A stretch of DNA of 29,277 bases from a virus. Lineage: Duplodnaviria; Caudoviricetes. Positions within the stretch are counted from its first letter, which is position 1; each line of letters begins with the position of its first letter. The notes under the pieces are model-generated. The model saw nothing but the letters and a program-made list of their open reading frames with translations, was not told where the DNA came from and did not search any database. The stretch lies in the IMG/VR virus record IMGVR_UViG_3300020016_000034, positions 1-29,277 of that record, one strand, 5' to 3'. The position numbers and the translations under genes were made by a program. This document shows positions 15,722 through 25,189 of the stretch, in pieces.

Positions 15722-16189
15722 ATGGCAAATGTTCAAGCGATGTGCACCTCGTTCAAGACCGAACTGCTCAACGGCAGTCACGCCTTCGGGGCGCAAGGCG
15801 CGAACGCCGTCCGCACCGTCACCACGAAGGATACCTTCAAGGCCGCGCTCTATCTCGTCTCGGCCTCGCGCGGGGCGGCCGACACGGTCTACAACACGAC
15901 CGGCGAAGTCACCGGGACGAACTACACCGCCGGCGGCGTCGCCGTGACGAACGCGACCGCACCGACGGCGACCGGCACGACGGCCTTCTGGACCCCGAGC
16001 GCGTCGATCGTCTACACGACCGTGACGCTCTCGACCGCGTTCGATGCCGTGCTCATTTACAACGATGCGTCGACGGCGAAGCTCGCGTGCTCGCTCCATA
16101 CGTTCGGATCGCAGACGGTCACGGCGGGGACGTTTACCTTGACGATGCCGGTCAACGACTCGTCGAACGCGCTGATTCGCATTGCCTGA
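15722..16189 (+). CDS. Putative virion structural protein
   Basis: AGGAG SD; QAMCTSFKTELLNG.H.F..DTFKAALY..YTAGG..GTFTLTMP..ALIRIA resembles a recurrent phage family. Confidence 0.75.
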   Translation: MANVQAMCTSFKTELLNGSHAFGAQGANAVRTVTTKDTFKAALYLVSASRGAADTVYNTTGEVTGTNYTAGGVAVTNATAPTATGTTAFWTPSASIVYTTVTLSTAFDAVLIYNDASTAKLACSLHTFGSQTVTAGTFTLTMPVNDSSNALIRIA

Positions 16190-16201
16190 AGAAGAGACGA
16201 C

Positions 16202-17734
16202 ATGACGAGACGAGAGAAGATCGCGCTCGGCGCCGTCGTGCTCCTGTCCGCGCTGTGTCTGCTGGCGATGGCGAAGCCGCCGCCGAGGGGCTGTAAGTCG
16301 CCGCCGGCGCTCACGCTCTCGGCCCCGCCCGATGTGACCACTGGCGAGCCGTTCACGACGGCGTACAGCGCGCAGCCGGGGGCGGGCCAACCGGGCTGCG
16401 CGGTCAGTAGCTGGCTGCTCGACTACGGCGACGGCGGATCGCGCGAGGGGGCGGGTCGCGTGACCGCGACGGACCAGCACGCCTATGCGGCCGACGGGAT
16501 CTATCCGCTGTCGCTCTCGGCGCAGACGCTGACCGGGCTCGTCTCGGTGCGCGATCAAGTCGTCCATGCCGGGATCTTGTCGCCCCCGCCCGGTGGCGGT
16601 CCCTGCACGACCTGTTATTACGTCACCAAGACCGGCAGCGATGCGAACTCCTGCGTGGCCTCGAAAAATCTCGGCACGCCGAAGCTCACCATTGCCGCCG
16701 GGGTCGCGTGTCTGCCGACGGGCGCGACGCTCTATATTCGCACCGGGACCTACACGGAATTTATCGGAGAAACCAACTTCACTGCCTCGGGGACGTCCTG
16801 GGTGACCCCGATCACCATCGCCGCCTACCCGGGCGACGTCGTCACTCTGCGCCCGAGCGGCGGCGGCGGCGTCATGGGCTTCCGTAATACGGTCGCGGTC
16901 TTTCTCATCATCGACGGCTTAATTCTCGACGGCATCAACGCGGGCGGGGGATCGGGCGCCGCGGTGTTCGGCTGCGGCGATACCTCGCATCATCTTCGCG
17001 TGCAGAACACGGAGATCAAGAACGGCGACGGCAATGGGGTCTTTTGCGGCGGGAACAATCACGAGTTTCTGAACGACGCGGTCCACGGCAACGGCCTGTT
17101 CACCGGGTACACCAATTCCAACGGCATGTATATGTGGGGCGACGCCACGACCATCACGGGCGGATCGTTCTATGACAACGAATGCTACGGGGTTCGGTAC
17201 TACGACAGCGCCGCGCTCCCGGCGTCCGCCGACAACAACGTCGTGCAAGGTGCGCGCATCTTCGGCAACGGCAACGGGCGCGGCTTGAGCGGCACGTCGG
17301 TCTGTGGCTCGGGCGGCGGCGGCATCGTGCTCGCCGACACCAACAACGTGGCGAAAAACAATCTCGTCTACAACAACTATTGGGGCGTGCAGATTAGTCT
17401 GGAGAAATCCGCCGCGGTGCAGTGGTACCACAACACCGTCACCGCGAACGACTTCGGCGCCGACATGAGTAACAGCGGCTCCAGCGTCCTGTTCAAGAAC
17501 AACATCGTCTACAACAACGCCGGATTGAATCTCTATCAGATGGGCAGTGTCGTGCAGACCACGAACCTGACCACGAATCCGAATTTCGTCAATCCGGGGG
17601 CGTTCGACTTTCACGTCAATCTCGGGAGCGCGGCCATCGATACGGGCACGTTCCTGCCGTCGGTGGTGGTGGATTTTTCCGGTGTGACCCGGCCGCAAGG
17701 CGCGCAAGTCGACATCGGCGCGTACGAGCGGTAA
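16202..17734 (+). CDS. Signal peptide + PKD-like domain + right-handed beta-helix protein
   Basis: MTRREKIALGAVVLLSALCLLAMA leader; LDYGDG..HAYAADGIY (PKD); YYVTKTGSDANSC; Asn-ladder repeats; C-terminal SAAIDTG..RPQG..DIGAYE (choice-of-anchor Q-like). Confidence 0.85.
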   Translation: MTRREKIALGAVVLLSALCLLAMAKPPPRGCKSPPALTLSAPPDVTTGEPFTTAYSAQPGAGQPGCAVSSWLLDYGDGGSREGAGRVTATDQHAYAADGIYPLSLSAQTLTGLVSVRDQVVHAGILSPPPGGGPCTTCYYVTKTGSDANSCVASKNLGTPKLTIAAGVACLPTGATLYIRTGTYTEFIGETNFTASGTSWVTPITIAAYPGDVVTLRPSGGGGVMGFRNTVAVFLIIDGLILDGINAGGGSGAAVFGCGDTSHHLRVQNTEIKNGDGNGVFCGGNNHEFLNDAVHGNGLFTGYTNSNGMYMWGDATTITGGSFYDNECYGVRYYDSAALPASADNNVVQGARIFGNGNGRGLSGTSVCGSGGGGIVLADTNNVAKNNLVYNNYWGVQISLEKSAAVQWYHNTVTANDFGADMSNSGSSVLFKNNIVYNNAGLNLYQMGSVVQTTNLTTNPNFVNPGAFDFHVNLGSAAIDTGTFLPSVVVDFSGVTRPQGAQVDIGAYER

Positions 17735-18427
17735 ATGGGGATTACCGAAGCGCAGGCCGCCGTCACCAAAAACACCGCCTCGGCGACGTCCGACACGTTG
17801 GCGTATGGGTCATCGGTGGCGGTCAATTCGTTGCTGGTGGCGGGCTTCCGGTTCGGCTCGGTCGGGATTACGCCGATCGTGTCGGATAACGTCAATGGCG
17901 CGTGGGTTCGTCTCGCGACGCGGGGCACGGTCAGTGACGGCACGATCGAAGTGTGGTCGTGTCTCGCGCTCAGCGCCGGGACGCCGACGGTGTCGGTCGT
18001 GGTCGATAGCGCGGCGACGACAATGCGGTGGAGTATTCACGCTTATACCGCAGATACCGCGCTGGCGGTGCGGCAAATGAATATGGGCGGGAGTAACGGG
18101 ACGCCGGGCACGACCGCGAGCGGCTACGACATCACCACGACCGCGCCCGATGCGTTAGTCCTCGCGTTTGAAGAGAGCGCGTCCAACGGACAGACCTATA
18201 CAGCGGAAGCGACCTACACACTGCGGGCCGAAGTCCCGGCGGCCCCGAATAGCCGGTACACGATGGCCCACAAAATCGCGACGACGAGCGGCGCCTACTC
18301 CGGCACGTTTACCTTTAGCGGCGCCGACAACTGGCAAGCGATCCTGGTCGCCTTTGATGCGCAGCCCCCCACGACCGTCCTCGGCCGCAGGGCGTTTCCG
18401 AAATTTCTGCTCCGAGGCCCGGCGTGA
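17735..18427 (+). CDS. Ser/Thr/Ala-rich beta-sandwich hypothetical protein
   Basis: Adjacent to the previous stop; beta-rich composition. Confidence 0.7.
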   Translation: MGITEAQAAVTKNTASATSDTLAYGSSVAVNSLLVAGFRFGSVGITPIVSDNVNGAWVRLATRGTVSDGTIEVWSCLALSAGTPTVSVVVDSAATTMRWSIHAYTADTALAVRQMNMGGSNGTPGTTASGYDITTTAPDALVLAFEESASNGQTYTAEATYTLRAEVPAAPNSRYTMAHKIATTSGAYSGTFTFSGADNWQAILVAFDAQPPTTVLGRRAFPKFLLRGPA

Positions 18428-19311
18428 TTATTCTCGCCAATACGACGGACAAGATCCAAGTGGTCAACGGGACCACGTCGACGATCGATGTGCATGCGTC
18501 GTGGGTGGACATGGCCTCGAATGGCTCTGGCGATCCGTCCCCCGGCCGCACAAACACCGCGATCACCACCGCCGCGACGACCGATGTCGTCGCCGCGCCC
18601 GCGTCGTCGACCGTGCGCAATCTCAAAGAACTCCAGATCCGCAACAAGCATGCGTCGACGGCGACCGACATCACCGTCGTCTACAACCAGAACGGAACGA
18701 GCTTCGAACTGTTCAAACTGACGCTCGCGGCAGGCGAGCAGTTGGAATACATCGAGGGGATCGGCTTTTTCGAGGTTGCCGCCTCGCCCTCGAGCTACGC
18801 GCCGAATTTCTCGACTGCCGCGCAGACCCCGACCGCCGCGACGCTCACGCAGCTTGCCGGCTCGACGATCACGGTGCCGGTCGGCAAGCTCCGCATCGGG
18901 ACGATGCTGCGCTGGCACTTCGATATCACGAAGACCGGCGCGGGCACGGCGACGAGCGCCTATCACGTCCGCGTCGGCACGGCGAACACGACGGCGGATA
19001 CGGCGGTCTTGACGTTCACGAAACCGCTCGGCACAGCGGTCATCGATACCGGCGTCATCAACATTCAGGCCATTGTGCGCGGGCCGCTCTCGGGATCGTG
19101 CATCATGGCGGGGATTTTCGAGCTGTATCACAACCTCGCGGCGACGGGCCATAACACGACGCACGCGACGGCGACCCCCGGCCACATCATCACCGTCTCG
19201 TCGGGGTTCGATGCCACGGTCGCGGGCCTCTTTGTCAGTCTCTCGTGTACGACCGGCGCGTCGGATGCGATCACGACACAGTGTATGTTCGCGGAGGCGT
19301 TGAACCTCTAA
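18424..19311 (+). CDS. Thr-rich putative structural protein
   Basis: GTGA overlap; 295 aa; high GC3. Confidence 0.75.
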   Translation: MIILANTTDKIQVVNGTTSTIDVHASWVDMASNGSGDPSPGRTNTAITTAATTDVVAAPASSTVRNLKELQIRNKHASTATDITVVYNQNGTSFELFKLTLAAGEQLEYIEGIGFFEVAASPSSYAPNFSTAAQTPTAATLTQLAGSTITVPVGKLRIGTMLRWHFDITKTGAGTATSAYHVRVGTANTTADTAVLTFTKPLGTAVIDTGVINIQAIVRGPLSGSCIMAGIFELYHNLAATGHNTTHATATPGHIITVSSGFDATVAGLFVSLSCTTGASDAITTQCMFAEALNL

Positions 19312-20306
19312 TGGCCAATCAAGGCTGGTTCGATACGAACTCGGGCAGTGCGCGGTCGGTCTTTGACGAATCCGCGCAGGCCGAGGGCTGGTTTGATCGC
19401 AGCTTCGACGAAAAAGTCTCGACCGCCGATGTCACGCTGGCCCTGACCGGCGTCGGCGGCATCGGCGCCGTCAATACCCCCGGTGTCGCGCACGACCAGG
19501 CGACGACGATGGTCGTCGGCACGGGCAGTGTCGGGACACCGGGGGTCGCGCACGGTCAGGCGGTCACGTTCGCGCTAGGGACCGGCGCCGCCGGGACCGT
19601 CGTGCAAAGCGAGGCTGTCCCGCTGACCACCGTGGTCGGCACGGGCGCGGTGACGGCTCCCGGGGTCGCACACGACCAAGCGACCACCGGCACCGGGGCG
19701 ACCGGGGCCGTTGGGACCGTCAGCGTCTCGGCGAGCGACGTCACGGACGTGTTGACGGGCGTCAGCGCGACCGGCGCCGTCGGGACCATCGCCGCGGTCC
19801 TGGCGCTGCTCCTAGCGACGGTCGCCGGGACCGTCAGCGCGGGCACCGTCCTCGCCAGCCGGGCGCTCGCGCTCCTGGGGGCGCTGGCGACCGGGGCGGT
19901 CGGGACGCTCGGGGCGCTCTGGAATCAGGCGCTCACGTTTGTCGCGTCGACGGGCGCCGTCGGGACGCCGGGCGTCATCGGGACGGCGATTCTGACCGGC
20001 GGGCAAGGCACCGGGACGCTCGGGCTCGTTGGGGTCAGCGGCCAGCCGGTGACCGTGGCGGTGACGGGGGTTGAAGCGACTGGCGCGATTCGGGGCACGC
20101 TCAGCGCGAGCGGAGGAGACAGTACCGTGGCCGCCATGAATGCCGGCGATACGACGACGCAGTTCGCGTTCTGGATGCGGACCAACGTCCCGAATGGCGA
20201 CGCCAATACGGCCTTGCGCGAGGCGCTGACGACGCTCTACGGGCTCCCGGGACCGCCGGACTTGGAAACGTATGCCTCAAAACTCGTCGAACGGAAGGCG
20301 GCCTAA
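19311..20306 (+). CDS. Gly/Thr/Val repeat fibre-like protein
   Basis: TAATG coupling; about 20-aa periodic TGxxATGAVGT / PGVAHDQAT repeats; GWFD twice at the N-terminus. Confidence 0.75.
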   Translation: MANQGWFDTNSGSARSVFDESAQAEGWFDRSFDEKVSTADVTLALTGVGGIGAVNTPGVAHDQATTMVVGTGSVGTPGVAHGQAVTFALGTGAAGTVVQSEAVPLTTVVGTGAVTAPGVAHDQATTGTGATGAVGTVSVSASDVTDVLTGVSATGAVGTIAAVLALLLATVAGTVSAGTVLASRALALLGALATGAVGTLGALWNQALTFVASTGAVGTPGVIGTAILTGGQGTGTLGLVGVSGQPVTVAVTGVEATGAIRGTLSASGGDSTVAAMNAGDTTTQFAFWMRTNVPNGDANTALREALTTLYGLPGPPDLETYASKLVERKAA

Positions 20307-20675
20307 ATGACGCGCGAAATTTTGATTCGCTGGTACGCGCTCACGGAGGAGATGTCCATCCTCGCGCGTGGCCTCGTCACGGTTCAGCACGTCGGCGACG
20401 GGAAACTCGCGCCCGTGTCCGAGTTCGGCAAGGTCAACGTCGAAGCGGATGGCGAATTTGTCTACATGCTCTACCAACTCGATATGCCCGCCGTGCGCGC
20501 CGCGAAACGCGCAGGATCGAAACAGATGGCGGGGGCGCTGCATCTCCTCCCCTGGCCGGTGTCTTTGACGCGCGGAGACAGGCTGACGCCCTCGTGGGAG
20601 GAAGACGGCTGGGTCATGCAAGTCCTACCGGAACTCATCGCGATCTTGGAGGGCCGCGCCCATGCCCTTGTATGA
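20307..20675 (+). CDS. Hypothetical protein
   Basis: Adjacent start; 122 aa. Confidence 0.6.
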   Translation: MTREILIRWYALTEEMSILARGLVTVQHVGDGKLAPVSEFGKVNVEADGEFVYMLYQLDMPAVRAAKRAGSKQMAGALHLLPWPVSLTRGDRLTPSWEEDGWVMQVLPELIAILEGRAHALV

Positions 20676-21006
20676 CCGCCGCTGTTCCGCCTGTTCGGCG
20701 CTCCGCATCGACTGCTGGGAACCGACGGAGGCACCCGCCGTCGGATGCTTAGAATGCGGAGCGCCGACGACCCGCGTCATCCTGCCGAAGCGGCACATGG
20801 CGATCAAATCGGACGAGTGGCCGGGCGGCCGGGTCATGTACAACGGCTTCCCTGAGCCGCGTGTGTTCTACAGCCAGTCGTCGTACGAGCGGGCGCTCGC
20901 CGACAACGGCTTCCGCGTGCGCGGTGACGGCGAAGAAGGCCCCGGGGCGTGGATCAGCAAAGACTCGCTCGACAAGGCGAAGGAACTGGTGAGCCGTGGA
21001 CGGTAA
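20662..21006 (+). CDS. FmdB-like zinc-ribbon protein
   Basis: MPLYDRRCSAC...CLECG..TTRV. Confidence 0.75.
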   Translation: MPLYDRRCSACSALRIDCWEPTEAPAVGCLECGAPTTRVILPKRHMAIKSDEWPGGRVMYNGFPEPRVFYSQSSYERALADNGFRVRGDGEEGPGAWISKDSLDKAKELVSRGR

Positions 21007-21268
21007 AGTCACGATAACGGACGCCGAAGGTGAACCGGCGGAACTGCCGAACGAGCCGATCACCGACCCCGAGCTCGAATTGCTCTTGCAGTACAAGCAA
21101 TTCTTGCAGCGACGCGGCTACCGCGAAGCGGTCTACTGCACGCGCTGCTGGGGGAACAATCTGGCGGACGGGACGGAGTTTCATGTCCAAAGCCGCGGCG
21201 TGAGCATCGAGGCGCTGATCCGGTGCCGATGCCGCGTGGCCTACGGACGCGGAGGCAGTGTGCATTAG
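20996..21268 (+). CDS. Hypothetical Zn-binding protein
   Basis: YCTRC...CRCR. Confidence 0.55.
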   Translation: MDGKVTITDAEGEPAELPNEPITDPELELLLQYKQFLQRRGYREAVYCTRCWGNNLADGTEFHVQSRGVSIEALIRCRCRVAYGRGGSVH

Positions 21269-21316
21269 ACGATTTGACTGACGACCTCGGGCGCGACTAA
21301 TTACCGCGCCGACAAT

Positions 21317-21448
21317 CCGCTGCCCGCGGAGGTCGCAGACAAGGGCACAGAGAGAAGGGCGCTCTGCGGACCGGGAAACGGTTCTCAGCAGCGCCCTTTT
21401 TCTTTTGTGCTCTCGCTCTCTTGCGAGCGCCGCGACGCGATACAGCGG
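21317..21448 (+). promoter_or_regulatory. Long structured leader/terminator-like hairpin upstream of the scaffold gene
   Basis: GGGCACAGAGAGAAGGGCGCT (21343-21363) pairs with AGCGCCCTTTTTCTTTTGTGCTC (21390-21412) using G-U pairs; inner GACCG-GGAAA-CGGTT; outer CCGCTG/CAGCGG. Confidence 0.6.
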
Positions 21449-21462
21449 CAAAGGACCGACCA

Positions 21463-22425
21463 ATGGCAGACGACGGCAGTATCACCGCTGGCGACATCGA
21501 GGCGGCCTCCGCCTCACAGGGCGACTCGCCATCGCCCGATCCCTCTCCTCTTGGCGACGCCGCAGTGGCGACGAGCGCGGACGCGATAGTTCCGCCTGCG
21601 GACCCGGCAACAGGTGAGGTCACGAGCACGCCCGGCGCGCCACCCGAACAACGGTGGCCCTCGATCTTGGAGAACGCCCGCCGAGAGGCGGCGGCCAAGG
21701 CCGAGGAAGCGTGGAAGCCGTACGAGTGGGCCAAGCAGGTTCCACAGCAGCAATTCGACGAGATGGTCGGGTGGTATCAGCGGGCGAACGCTGACCCGGT
21801 CCAGTTCGCGCAAGAGCTGATTCAGAGCCTGCAACAACACCCCGTACATGGACAGGCGCTCCGAAGTCTCGCCGCGCGGGCGTTGAGTTCGGGGCGAGGC
21901 CAAGCAGAGGAACCACAGCCCGATCTGCCGCTGGAATTGGCCGACGGCCGCGTGGTTCCTGTGTATTCGGCAGCGCAACAAGCGAAACGCGAAGCATGGC
22001 TCCAGCAACGGGCCGAGCAAGCCTTTGAGGCAAAGCTCCAGCCGTTTCGGGAGATGCAATCGCAGGCGGAAGAACGTGCGCGCGGCGAGGCCGCCACACA
22101 GTTCGCGACCACCCTCACCGGGAGTCTGACGAAGCTCCCGGGCTTTACCGAGCACAAGGCGGAGATCGCCCAGTGGATCGCGAAGGCCCGGCTCGAGTCA
22201 GACCATCCGGCGGAGGTCCGGGCCGCCGCGCTCGAAGCGTACACGGCGATTGTCGTGCCGAAGCTGTCCTCCACGGTGCGTCAGGGCGTGCTCACCGATC
22301 TTCACCACAAAGCCGGGGCGTCCACCGTGAACCCCGCGCAGACCGGCACCGCCGCGCCGAAATCGCTCGCCGACATGACGACGAAAGAAGCGCTCGAAGC
22401 CGAATTTGCGCGGATGAGCGGATAG
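21463..22425 (+). CDS. Capsid scaffolding protein
   Basis: AAGGA SD; acidic disordered N-terminus, Q/E/A-rich coiled coil and short C-terminal helix; directly upstream of the capsid gene. Confidence 0.75.
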   Translation: MADDGSITAGDIEAASASQGDSPSPDPSPLGDAAVATSADAIVPPADPATGEVTSTPGAPPEQRWPSILENARREAAAKAEEAWKPYEWAKQVPQQQFDEMVGWYQRANADPVQFAQELIQSLQQHPVHGQALRSLAARALSSGRGQAEEPQPDLPLELADGRVVPVYSAAQQAKREAWLQQRAEQAFEAKLQPFREMQSQAEERARGEAATQFATTLTGSLTKLPGFTEHKAEIAQWIAKARLESDHPAEVRAAALEAYTAIVVPKLSSTVRQGVLTDLHHKAGASTVNPAQTGTAAPKSLADMTTKEALEAEFARMSG

Positions 22426-22441
22426 ACGCCGGAGAACACAC

Positions 22442-23419
22442 ATGCCAGGGACACCAAATCAGGGGCAACTCATCGCCTCGGTCTGGGAAAACAAGTTGGG
22501 CGGCAAACCCCGCGACAACATCTTTCTCAGCCGCGCCCTCTTCTACGCCTTGGGCGAGAAGGGCTTCAAGCAACAGGCCGACGGCGGACGCTTGATCGAG
22601 AACACGATCGAGTTCGCCGAAAACACGACGATGCAGATGATCGGCGAGATGGACCCGCTCGACGTGACGCGCATCGACGTGTTCGACGTCGCGCGCTACG
22701 ACTGGAAGATCGCCGCCGGGACGGTCGTCTTTTCCGACCTCGAGCTGCTCCGCAGCGCGGGCGCGTCGGGCAAGTTCGACCTGATGGCCGAGAAGATGGA
22801 AAACGGCCGGGATTCCCACATTGCCCTGCTCAATCGGCAGTGCTGGGGCCTCGGGACCGGGTCAAACGACATCGACGGCATTCAGAAGCTGATCTCGATC
22901 ACGCCCACGACCGGCACGGTCGGCGGCATCAACCGCGCGACGTTCGCGTTCTGGCGCAACAAGGCGACGGACGGCACGAAGACGACGGTCATCTACGACA
23001 ACCTCCGGGCGTCGATGCGGACGACCTACAACAACTGTTCGCTCGGCGGGATCAAGATGACCCCGACGGTCATCATCGCCGACCAGACGACGTTCCAGGC
23101 GTATCAGGGGCTCCTGCTCGCCAACGAGCGCATCGTCACGGCGGACAAGAAGAAGGATGCTGACGCGGGCATTCTCAACGGGGCGACGTACTTCATGGAC
23201 AAGCCCATGTTCTACGACGAGGACGCGCCCGCGAACAAGGTCTGGTTCCTCAACAGTGAGGTGCTGAAGTTCACGTACCTCAAAGGCGGCTGGATGAAGA
23301 TGAAGGACGCGATCGAACCGGCCAACGCCCTCACCTCCACCCATCGGATCGCCACCTTCGGCAACCTCAACACGAGTGCCTCTCGGCACCTCGGCGTGGT
23401 TTACAACACCGCGTCGTAA
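22442..23419 (+). CDS. Major capsid protein
   Basis: GGAG SD; 325 aa; DNIF..ALF, GGRLI, IDGIQKLI, GTVGGINRAT.AFWRN and G.L.TS..R..GV pattern of podovirus-type HK97-fold capsids. Confidence 0.88.
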   Translation: MPGTPNQGQLIASVWENKLGGKPRDNIFLSRALFYALGEKGFKQQADGGRLIENTIEFAENTTMQMIGEMDPLDVTRIDVFDVARYDWKIAAGTVVFSDLELLRSAGASGKFDLMAEKMENGRDSHIALLNRQCWGLGTGSNDIDGIQKLISITPTTGTVGGINRATFAFWRNKATDGTKTTVIYDNLRASMRTTYNNCSLGGIKMTPTVIIADQTTFQAYQGLLLANERIVTADKKKDADAGILNGATYFMDKPMFYDEDAPANKVWFLNSEVLKFTYLKGGWMKMKDAIEPANALTSTHRIATFGNLNTSASRHLGVVYNTAS

Positions 23420-23434
23420 GAGAGGACAATCATC

Positions 23435-24178
23435 ATGGCGAACCTTCAACCACAAGACCTCATTGCCTTCGGGCAGGACTCCCTCACCGCCTCCACCACG
23501 CCGACCCATCGGCTCGGCACGCGGGCGGAAGATGACTACGGGCGCGTCTATCGCTACGCCTTGGCCGGCGGTGCCGACACGGTCGCCGGCAACGTGCTGC
23601 AAGGGCCGGCGATCACCGCGCTCCACTTGGCGAACACCCCGCCCGCCGTCGCGATCGGGGCCACGTCGTTCACCTACACTCCGGGATCGACACTGGGCAC
23701 GCTCAATCAGTACGAGAAGGGCTTGCTCCAGGTCGATACCACGCCGGGCAACGGCTACGCCTACGGCATCGACAGCAATCCGGCGTTCGCGTCGGCCACG
23801 GCGTTCACGCTCAATCTGGCCTCGGACGAACCGATCCAGGTGGCGCTGACGACGTCCTCGCGCGTCGGACTGCTCGCCAACATCTATCGCGGGGTGATCC
23901 AGTGCCCCGCGACGACCGCGACCGGCCTCGTGGCCGGCGTCTCGGGCTACATCATCCCCACGTTGCAGTGGGGGTGGATTCAGACCTGGGGTCCGGCCTC
24001 GGTGCTCATCGCTGGCACGCCCGCGTTGGGCGCGATGGTGCTCGCCCCGGGCGCGACGGCCGGCGCCGCCGAGATCATGACGACGACCAACCTGATCGTC
24101 GCGCAGCTCCTGGGCAACATGCTACAGGTCGGCGTCTCGGGCAAAAACAACTTCGTCTATCTGAAGATCCGAGGGTGA
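23435..24178 (+). CDS. Putative capsid decoration/cement protein
   Basis: GAGG SD; immediately after the capsid gene; HRLGTR..D.GRVYRYA and WGWIQTWG motifs. Confidence 0.65.
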   Translation: MANLQPQDLIAFGQDSLTASTTPTHRLGTRAEDDYGRVYRYALAGGADTVAGNVLQGPAITALHLANTPPAVAIGATSFTYTPGSTLGTLNQYEKGLLQVDTTPGNGYAYGIDSNPAFASATAFTLNLASDEPIQVALTTSSRVGLLANIYRGVIQCPATTATGLVAGVSGYIIPTLQWGWIQTWGPASVLIAGTPALGAMVLAPGATAGAAEIMTTTNLIVAQLLGNMLQVGVSGKNNFVYLKIRG

Positions 24179-24191
24179 CTCGGATCGGTGG

Positions 24192-24220
24192 GGGGCCGGT
24201 CTGTGGCCGGCCCCGTTTTT
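24192..24220 (+). terminator. Intrinsic terminator after the capsid/decoration genes
   Basis: GGGGCCGGT-CTGTG-GCCGGCCCC followed by GTTTTT. Confidence 0.75.
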
Positions 24221-24237
24221 CGGAAGGAGTCTCGCGC

Positions 24238-24585
24238 ATGGTCACGAAGAAACCCGAACCCGAGGCGCCCGTCGTCTCGCACGCGCCGGTCACGGGCGCG
24301 GTCGGATCGCTGACGTCGTCGATTCACGCGACGACCGCCAGTGTGCCGGAAACGCCGAATCAACCCCGCACGGCCGCCCCCGTAGCCGTGGCGACCGCAC
24401 AGGGCATCGCGGTCGGCGCCACGCACACCGTGCTCCTCTGGGGCGAAGGCGACACGCTGACGCCGATCGAGGTCACCGGGCCGCGCAATGCCCGCGAAAT
24501 TCAGGTCATGGGGCTCCCGTACGACCACGTCGATACGCAGTGGTCGACGGGCCTCTGGATCTACCGCAACGATCGGAAGAACTGA
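24238..24585 (+). CDS. Hypothetical protein
   Basis: AAGGAG SD before MVTKKPEPE. Confidence 0.65.
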   Translation: MVTKKPEPEAPVVSHAPVTGAVGSLTSSIHATTASVPETPNQPRTAAPVAVATAQGIAVGATHTVLLWGEGDTLTPIEVTGPRNAREIQVMGLPYDHVDTQWSTGLWIYRNDRKN

Positions 24586-24586
24586 C

Positions 24587-25189
24587 ATGGCTGACAAAGA
24601 CCTCGAAGCCCGCTTCGCGGAACTCTCCGAGCGTAATGCGGCGCTGATGGCGGCGCTCGAAGCGAAGATCGCCGCACCGGCGGGAGGTATTACCCCCGAT
24701 CAACTCGAAGCGATCATCACGCGCTCGACGGCGGCGGCCAGTAAGGGCTCTGAGCTCATCGCCTCGAAGTACAAGCCGGAGAATGTCGACCATCTCCACA
24801 AAGGCCCGTTCGAGCATCCCGAGGGGGGGATCACGCATCCGAAGCCGCCGCTCAAGCGCGAGATGTATCACGGCGGCTTCCGCCTGCGCGATCAGGACAT
24901 CAGCTACGTCGAAGCCGAAGCTCTCAATGCCCTGTCCGACTCGCTCGGGCGGGCGCAGCGGCGCCTCGCGCGCAACGGGACATGGGTCGCGGAAGTCAAC
25001 GATCGGGACGACCGGCTGACGATTCGGACGCCGATGAAGACCATCGACGACCGGGCCGACTTGCCGGGCCTGCTTCAGATCGCGATGGAGCTGACCAGTG
25101 GCGACCGCGCCCTCGAAACGGCCGACATCCTCGCGGAACTCGCGCTCCTCAAGAGCGAGATGGCCGCGCTGAAAGGCGTCCCCGCGTGA
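24587..25189 (+). CDS. Hypothetical coiled-coil protein
   Basis: Starts 1 nt after the previous stop (MADKDLEARF). Confidence 0.7.
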   Translation: MADKDLEARFAELSERNAALMAALEAKIAAPAGGITPDQLEAIITRSTAAASKGSELIASKYKPENVDHLHKGPFEHPEGGITHPKPPLKREMYHGGFRLRDQDISYVEAEALNALSDSLGRAQRRLARNGTWVAEVNDRDDRLTIRTPMKTIDDRADLPGLLQIAMELTSGDRALETADILAELALLKSEMAALKGVPA

